Below, piece after piece: positions 56,165-64,000 of a stretch of 64,000 bases of DNA. Positions within the stretch are counted from its first letter, which is position 1. Every line of letters starts with the position of its first letter. Location: assembly GCA_001179505.1 (NCBI GenBank), contig CDMY01000224.1:62001-126000 (forward strand). The letters are read 5' to 3'. The notes under the pieces are model-generated. The model had not been told where the DNA came from and did not search any database. It worked only from the letters and a program-made list of their open reading frames with translations. Origin of the DNA: Vitrella brassicaformis CCMP3155 (taxonomy: Eukaryota > Protista > Chromerida). Position numbers and translations under genes: made by a program.

Positions 56165-57253
56165 TCCGCCTTCGGGTCGCCTCGAAACTGACGGAACGGA
56201 ACAACACTTTTGAAGCCGATTCCGCCTTGCGAAGGCGTTGCAGGCGAGTCTGACCTTCGTCAAGATCCGATGACATTGTCAAAAGCAGCGGTGCGGTGTC
56301 CTTCGTGCGTGTTGCTGGCGGGGCTGTTCATAGGCATTGGCTGGGTTGCGGTGCCCTCCCTCCTCCTCGCACTCCGCCCGGCAGGGCTGCACGTGTGCGA
56401 TCACACCAACACCAACACATCTGCACTGCATCAGCACACGGCAACCCATGGCAACTTCACTCTCGTGGCTGGGAGGCGCTTCCGGCTGCTGCAGGCCAGC
56501 CGGTGTGGATCTGCTGAGCTGCTGAGAGGGGCGGAGGTGGTGCTCGTCTCTCTGTCGGCTATGCGGCCACTGAGTGAGGATGATCTGGTGCGGACGGCAC
56601 TCCAGCCGGAGAAAGATGCTGGGAAGGAGGAATGTCTGTTCCCTCTTGCCAGAGTTGAGGCGGACCAAGAGGAGTGCAGCGTCTGCCTTGACCGTCTGGA
56701 GCCTGTTCACACCATCCTACCGCCCTCATCCGTTCCCCCCAGTGGCTGCATCCCCGTCAGAATGAAGGGCCTACAGTCCCTCATGCCGGCCGGGCAATGG
56801 ACACCCGCATTCTTGCGGAGGCTCGGCGCCGCCCGCAATGTGACGCTCGACGCCTTCTCTGAGCCCTCCAGTGTCAATGGGAGCACTAAACTGGACATCC
56901 AGCGGGCAATCACACTGGATCAGGCGTTCTCTGCAGGGAACGGCACACACGAGGGCGGCGGGGGCAGGTGGCTGGACGTGCGGGAGGACATTGAGGTGTT
57001 CAATCAGCTGCCCGGGCTGCGAAGACACCTGCACTGGCGACTTGCAATGCCGACGGTGAGTGACTGGCCACACAATGAAGAGAGGAAGAGAATTCGCGGT
57101 CGATTGGCTGTCATTCCTTTCAGCATTTTGCTGCTTCTCTGGTGGAGTATCTGTGGATCGCCCCCAAGGGTTCCATCACCCCACTGCACATGGACCTGGC
57201 CGCCCCACACATATTCCACTACATCATCGCCGGCAAGAAGACCTTCTGGCTGT
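56165..57253. repeat. Inverted segmental duplication, arm B (pairs with 1-1095)
   Basis: Reverse-complement match to the window start, beginning about 105 bp upstream of the JmjC ATG. Confidence 0.95.
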
Positions 57254-57930
57254 ACCCCTACTCGCAGTCGGATCTCCTCACTCCCACCGGCACCATGCCA
57301 CTCGACGGCGCCCTCTACTCCAATATGGTTCCTCATGATGCGCCGGCTAACAACGGATCGGCAGATGTGTCTGTCGTTCCGTCGTCGGCAGCGCCACTGA
57401 AAATCACTCTCAGGTGGACGGGGCGAGAGTGGGAGGTGTTCTTTGGTATCGCCCCTGCCTATGTGTGTGTGTCGGCGCTGTGTGTGTCCACAGTGCCGGT
57501 GAGAGTTTGTACATTCCCTGGGGCTGGTGGCATTACGTCCACTACGACCAGGACTCCCTATCGGTCGGCGACACACACATCCACTGACACCTCTCATACA
57601 CACATCATATGATGCAGGCGATCCTCTGTCTGCTGGTGTGTTCAGGTGAATGTGGTCGGTTTCGATTCGGACGTGCGCACGTCGGTGTGGTATAGCGTGT
57701 TGGCGGTGGGTGTGGTGCTGCAGGGCATCAAGGCCTTGTGTGCCGGCGACTGGGCCACTGTCTCGTACTGCTCTCACTGGCACCCGACTACCTGCGGATC
57801 ATCAGTGTGTAGGACGGGATGGGACCGATGGTTGGATGGGGGTGTGTGCACTTTTGGACCTTGTATGTCCGTCTGTACGTGTCGATACACACATGGACTC
57901 ATTCATGGAGGTGAGACATGGGGCAATTGA
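56270..57930 (+). CDS. JmjC/cupin_8 oxygenase with N-terminal signal anchor, copy B (3' end approximate)
   Basis: Exons 56270-57055, 57124-57413, 57494-57563 and 57646 onward. Spliced protein has TPLHMD...IAGKKTFWLYP...TLSAGESLYIPWGWWHYV...SLSVNV, so the HxD...H Fe(II) triad is intact. Confidence 0.9.
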
Positions 57931-58062
57931 CATGGATTGGGTCAAAATTGTCTGTCCATCGGTCTGTCAGTGTGTTGATCAATCGGCTGTGCTGTCTGTG
58001 TTTGGGTCTTCCTTCGGTTTGTCTGTCTGTGCGGTTTGTCTGTGTGTCACTCGGTCCCTCTC

Positions 58063-60581
58063 TCACGAGAAGATGAGAATGCCGGGGTGGACGCGGAGGC
58101 AAGACAGCACCACCCGCAGCACACCGCTCTCATCCACAAAGTGCAGCAACGCCGCCTCATCTGCACCGCACACAAAGCGACAATGCCACAGACACTAAGG
58201 GAGAGACATCCCTCTCGGCTCACCTTTGAAGGCGAATCGGCAGAAGGGCTCCACCGAACGCGTCATCGAAAACGACTCAACCTGACACAGACAGACACAG
58301 AGAGAGAGAGAGGGATGTGCATGTCTCTCTCTGTATGTCATCTTTACTCTCCCTCACCTTCTTGATGACGTTGCGCCGTTCGTCAGCCGGGTGTACGAGT
58401 GTGATGTCGAAGCTGATGCGATACGTCGCCTCGTCCTCTGGCACACCGCCATCGCCACACCTGGCCTTCTTCTGATCATCCACACATGACAGGGCACACA
58501 GGGAGAGAGAGACATGGGTGTTGTTTTCCGCTGTCTTGTGGTTGCGTACAGTGATTGGGTCGTTGTGGTCGTGCGAGTCCTCAAGCCCACGCAGCTGGCG
58601 CTTGTTGTCACTCACTGCGTACACACACGCCGACACGTACCCATGGAACACTCAACTGTCGGCCGGCTGACCTACCGGTGTGTTGGTGGTGTGTGGAGGA
58701 TGACTGCTGTGCGGCGATGAGATGATAGAAGATGCTGCTCACGTCGGCAGGGCCCTTGGTGTTGGGCGTGCTCTGCGACGCACTCACTGGCGAACGAGCA
58801 GGTGTCTTGACAGGTACCTTCACACACACAGAGAAAAGATGTGGGGTGGGGTCCTGCCACTTCCTTTGTTCCCTCCTCACCGTCTGTCGTGGGGTCCGGG
58901 CAGGCATGGTGTTGTCCTGTGTCGCCGCCCGCTGATGGTACGAGACATGATGCAGCGACACCCTGGACACAACACACAACACACGCATTCTTCGCAGGCA
59001 GCCCATCGACACATCATCCGTCTCTCTGGCTGCAGAGTGGTCACCTACTTGAGCGACAGTGGGTTCTCTTCGATGAGTAGCGATGCAAACCAGGAATGGC
59101 CGGACAGCTGGAATCGAGGAGACAGGATCAGATTGGCTGCACATGCACAGACATATCAGTCTTGCAATGATGTCTCTCCACGCCATCCCACCCCCGCACA
59201 GACTTGTTTGTGCTTTGGTGAAGACATCGCCGATCTCCCACAGCACGTATCCCTCCTGCTGCTGAGGGGAGGGCGACGGGGGCGGCGGCAGACGGGCGGC
59301 AGCAGCACTCGCAGACGTGCTCTCGCGCTGCACCTCCTCAACCCTGTGTCACACACAGACACAGATGGGCCCATTCCCGCTGTCCTCAATGTTCGTGTTC
59401 GTTGACTTGTTGATTTTGGCTTCGAGTGTTTGGATTCTGTCTTTGTGTTTGATGAGCATGTCCTTGTAACACTCCGACGCGTGCGCCTCGAGCGACACAG
59501 CCTCAACCAACCTGACGACACAAACGACACAGCAACGGACACATGGGGGCCCTGTCTGTGTGTGTGTGCGTGTGCGTGTGCGTGTGCGTGTGGGTGAGTG
59601 GAGGTGTATGTGCTTCACTCACTCAATTGCACTCACTTGCCACAGAATCTGCATTTCTTGCGCTGATAGGGACACTTGGCGATGTGGTAGTGATAATCGC
59701 CGCGAGGTATGGCCTTGGGGCAACCGGCATTCACACACTTGAGCAACTCAAAGTCCTGCACGTGGACACCACAGACCAGCCAGCGAGACGACCTCTCGTC
59801 TGCAATGTGTCAAGATGCACACACATTGCCCGCCCGCCTCACGCATTTGTTGAGGTGTGCGGCATAGTCACTGTAGGCACCCTTCCTGCGTGTGAAATAA
59901 GTAAGGCCATGTGTGTGTGGTTTCGTTTGTGCGTGTGTGTGAGGACCATTCGCAGCCGGTTCGTGTCTTGGTCTGTGTATTGGATGCGGCGCTCTCAAAC
60001 GCCACACGGTCGTCTGAGAGAGATGAAACAAAGAAAATACATAAAACATGAGAGCTATTGTGGTATTTCTTCCCCATCGACAGACCGTAGTGTCTGCAGG
60101 AAGGTCACATACAAACACCACGCCAATGCCAATGAGATGAGATCGTGTCTTTCGTCCTTTGCTGGCCTTCCTTCGTCCATCTGACTGACTGACTTGCACT
60201 TGAGGTTGATTTTGCCTATCATGCGATACAGCAGACGGTTGGCCTGCTCCAGCGGCTGCACACACGACGCACCCGTCAGCATCTTCTGGCACGTTGGACA
60301 CGAGCGAGACCTGCGGGACACACACACGACAGACAGACACACATGCACTGAAAAGCACTTCCTTTCAGTTGTTCAGGTCTTGCCGACCGTGCGAGCCATC
60401 TCTCGAGGCATGAGCGGCAGTAGATGTGTTCGCACTCGGTGATGACGGGCACCCACACGAGCCACGAGCAGATGGAGCACCGCATCTCGTCGCTGATGAA
60501 GGTGCCGCCGACGTTGGCCAGCAGCTCGTCGGGGATGCCCTGGCACGGCTGCTCAAACAACTCGCCACCGCCAGACGACAT
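58063..60581 (-). CDS. TRAF-like E3 ligase: RING (C3HC4), TRAF-type zinc fingers, coiled coil and MATH-like C-terminus
   Basis: CSICSWLVWVPVITECEHIYCRSC...CPTC, GCEW-GAYSDYAAHLNKC, KCVNAGCPKAIPRGDYHYHIAKCPYQRKKCRFC, LEAHASEC, and C-terminal YRISFDITLVHPADERRNVIKK...LLHFVDESGVLRVV. The MATH call is tentative. Confidence 0.75.
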
Positions 60582-60830
60582 CGTTGTGCACGAGGAACGA
60601 AGCAGCAAAGCAATGAATGAAATGAATGTAAACTCGCTCGAGTTTCACGGAACGGCGATGCGCTTCGGCCGGTCACGTACCTACAGTGCCATGATGAATA
60701 GATAAAGCCAGGAGATCTGGTTGGCTGCGGACCATGGAGATCTTGCCCGTCTTGCTGACGTCGCTGCTCATGTTGAGGCCAGGGGATAAGAAGTGGAGGC
60801 GCCTCAGTAGAGCCAGATCTCGGCAAATCG
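60582..60830. promoter_or_regulatory. Candidate bidirectional promoter with AGATCT x3
   Basis: AGATCT at 60713, 60738 and 60815, between the RING gene and the ARM gene. Confidence 0.5.
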
Positions 60831-63800
60831 CTCATTGGCTTCGGCCTTCGACGAGAAGCCGCCCAGAAGCTGCAGAGCAACACCATCACAGAACTTGATG
60901 AATCGACTCGGTAGACAAGGAGTATGGCACGTAATGCATCACGATGGCTTCTGATGTCCTGCTTTTGTCCGTTTCTTTGTTGTGCAGGAAAGATGTCATC
61001 TCGGCTGTTGTTAGGCCTCTCAGCAGCGACGTGCGTGCAGCGACGCTGGTGCTCGCACTGGACAAGCTGGTGCCGGTTACATTTCATCCCTCCTTCGATG
61101 AGCTGATTCGTGTCGGTGGTCTTCGCCCCATCGTTGCACTGCTCGGCCACACGGCCCCTCAGGTCGCCAAGGCGGCACTCAGTCCCCTCTTTCCATACAC
61201 AGGTAGGCGGCCTCCCAGTCTTGCGCTGCGCGTCCACCATCGTTGTGTCGTGTGTGTGTGTGTGTGTGTGCGTGACAGTGTTGTTCGACTCAGCTCTCGT
61301 CCCAGAGGAGAAGCGGGCGGGCGTGATCAAGCAACTTGTCGACGAGGGGCAGCTCCTCCGCTCTCTCACAACGCTGCTGGCAACGATGCGCCAGAATGCC
61401 CCCGACGAGAACTGGCAGCGCGACGTGAAAGATGCCCTTCATGCCATCGGGGACTGTATCACAGGTGCGCGCCGAGCAACTACTGATTGCTTTTTCTGCA
61501 TCGCCTTCTCTCATACCTTTCGCAGCGGGCGGCGCCATGGTCATTGAGAAGATCGTCGCTGCGAATTTGGTGCCTCAGCTGAGGGCTCTCGACAGGAGGA
61601 TCGCACGGGACACAAGCATGGACAAACCGGCGGTCAACGAACTTCATGTCTTACTCGGGTGGACGTCCCGATCGTTGCTGGACACTCTGATTGACGGCGA
61701 CAACACCGTTGCCAACGCTACCCAGGTCGGCGAGGCGGCTTGCACAACCGGCCCCAGGACGCCGCAGACGACCTCGCGTCGTGTGTGTCCTTGCAGCTGT
61801 TGTACATGGTGGAGCAGGGCTGCATACAGAGCGTATATCGCGCGCTCGACGCCATGGATTCCTCATCTGTTGATTCTTCTTTGCTGACCTTCGCGAGGCT
61901 GCTGTACGTAGGCCGCAGACGACAGAAGAGTGGCATATTGCATGGTTTGTGTGGTGCAGGATGGTGGACGCGACGAGCAAGGTGGGCCAAGCCATCATAC
62001 AGCGGATGAACAAGGTCGGTTCGAAGAATAGAGAAGCGCCGATGCACTAGAGCCACCGTGTGTGGGTGCATCGCAGGACGGGTTCGAAGTCGCCATCAGA
62101 AGAGTCGCTGACCAACGGTTACCAGACGAGGACATCCAGCAGCATGTACCCAGCAGCTCACGGCACATCCTACGGGACAACTCACTCAGTCACCTGCTTT
62201 CATTTCCGTTCCAGGCCGACGTCGTCCTCGCTCTCAGGGAGCTGAGAGCCGACCCCACCCTGTCCGATACCCTTTCGGCCATGTCAGCCCACTTCACGAA
62301 CTTAGTCGAGTGCCGTGGACAGCACGCTGACGCCGCGGGAGATGACCTGGCTGCTGTCAAGGAGATCCGCTCAAGCGTCAAGAACAACAAGGGCTGCGTC
62401 CAAGCTTGCCGAGCTGCGCGACGTGAAAGAACTCTTGCTTGACTTCAAGCGACCGGGCTTGCAGCTGGAGGCCACACGAGCACTGCTGGACGTGGCATAT
62501 ACCGGCATTGATGGGGTGCGCGCACTCTTACGGTAAGGATCCGAACAGACAGATGAGTGGGTCGATGACGCACATCTGAGATGTCGTTCGTTCACAGGAT
62601 AGATGTGATACCCGGACTGGCCGCTTTCCTGAAGCGCACCATCGGCGCGTCGCGGGAGTTACAGGAGTCGCAAGTTGACGCCATCGTGCCTGCCCTCGAG
62701 ACGGTGCTGTTCATCTTCGACGTTACGGAGCATCACGATTGCTTCGATGAACTCCTGAGTCATGGCGTCGTGCCGCTGCTGGTGCAGGCGCTCAAATGCA
62801 GGGAGAGGGTCAGAGTGAAAGAGGCCACGAACGCCATGGGGGCGATAGCCAATATCCTAAGGAGCACCTCAGGTCAGCCGCAGAGCACAGGCACACAGGC
62901 ACAGCGCAACGCTCGTCCACGGACGGCGCATCGCATCCATCTGTCTCCTGGCAGCCAATGCGGATGATCTGCGGGAGGTGCAGCTGCAGCTGCAGCTGCG
63001 GGAGAGCGATTTCCTCACCGAATGCGAGAGGATCCTGTCGCTTCCGTTTACTCATGGTTGCGTGCTGTACCGTAACGCCTTGTCAGCTTTCCACGCCTTC
63101 CTCGTCTCTTTCAGCCGTGCTGGCCTGAGCGCTCGAGGTCAGACAGACAGAGGGACAAAGAGACAGACAGACAGACAAATAGACCGCCTGTGCTTACACC
63201 TATATCTGTGGCCATGTGCTCAGAGCGTGATGAGTATATCCAGGAGATGTTTGATGCCGACGTTGTCCATCACATCATGCGCTTCGTCGATGTTCCTCCT
63301 GATTACAGAGCTCATCCGTGTTACTTTGACGACGTTTACACCACCAAGATCTTTCTGGAAGTAGCAACCGAAGCGACTAGCAAACAGGTGCCACCAGTAG
63401 ACAGAGCTGAGAGATGGCCCATGGATGGATGTATGTCGCGTGTGTGTCATATATGCAGCTCTCCATCTTTGTAGGTCACGGTGTTCTCCCGCTCATGTGT
63501 CGCAGCTTGAGCTCGGCCTCAGTTTCCATCCTTGGCTACACTTTCGAAACGCTCTTTCGGTCGGCGACAAATACTCGGATCAAGCAGCTTGTGGGAGAGG
63601 TTAGGGAGAGCCAGTCTTGGATACGCGACCACTGGCTACGGTGCTCATTCATCGATGGGCATATTTCAGGAGGGCTGCGTGGGAGAGATGGTGAAGTACG
63701 CACTTGGTAACGACTCTGCTATCAGTGAAATGGTGCGAATTCACGCGCGGACGGCACACACAAATGCGCATTCATTCATGTGTATCGATCTTGTGTTGGT

Positions 63801-64000
63801 GTGGTGTGGTGTATCCAGTACGCATCACTGCTGAGCACCATGTCCATCGATCGGGCCACGTGGCACCTCTACCTGCAAACCAACAGGTGGGCGGTCACCC
63901 AGAAGCACGTGTGTCCTGCACTGTGTGGATGCTCGCATCAATCCAGCAGCTCTGAGAACCGGACTGCCGAGCAGACTTCGTCGTCCGACATGGGTTCGTG
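60735..64000 (+). CDS. Armadillo-repeat (importin-alpha-like) protein, 5' end unclear, runs off right edge, one apparent frameshift
   Basis: FDELIRVGGLRPIVALL, RPGLQLEATRALLDVAYTG, FDELLSHGVVPLLVQAL...AMGAIANIL are ARM-like segments in spliceable exons. Confidence 0.65.

Noticed and set aside
1-64000. CRISPR arrays, rRNA/tRNA genes, transposase or reverse transcriptase ORFs
   Set aside because: None recognised by eye. A tRNAscan or Rfam search would be needed to exclude small RNA genes.

Overview
Intron-rich, GC-rich eukaryotic nuclear DNA from a photosynthetic alveolate with a complex plastid, most likely a chromerid such as Vitrella. This is inferred from bipartite-targeted chlD and infA, 37-aa HPR repeats and microsatellite-laden introns. 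About 18 genes can be traced by hand-splicing the ORF track: two inverted paralogues of a secretory-pathway JmjC oxygenase 55 kb apart, plastid IF-1, an LrgA-LrgB (PLGG1-like) transporter, a large HPR+RAP RNA-binding protein, an SDN-like exonuclease that has lost its catalytic residues, a PCIF1/CAPAM homologue with GPPY instead of NPPF, a signal-peptide atypical kinase, a divergent type-1 rhodopsin with a long C-terminal tail, a C3H zinc-finger protein, CstF-77, an RCC1+2xBTB protein, ChlD, a TRAF-like RING/MATH protein, an ARM-repeat protein and several orphans. The strongest leads are the rhodopsin (KYVEWLLTCP / LNASAK), an AGATCT + GAAACCGCT motif set recurring in or next to seven short head-to-head promoter regions, the pseudo-SDN, the secreted kinase and the AC-then-GT microsatellite polarity of introns. 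All exon structures are manual and no database search was possible.
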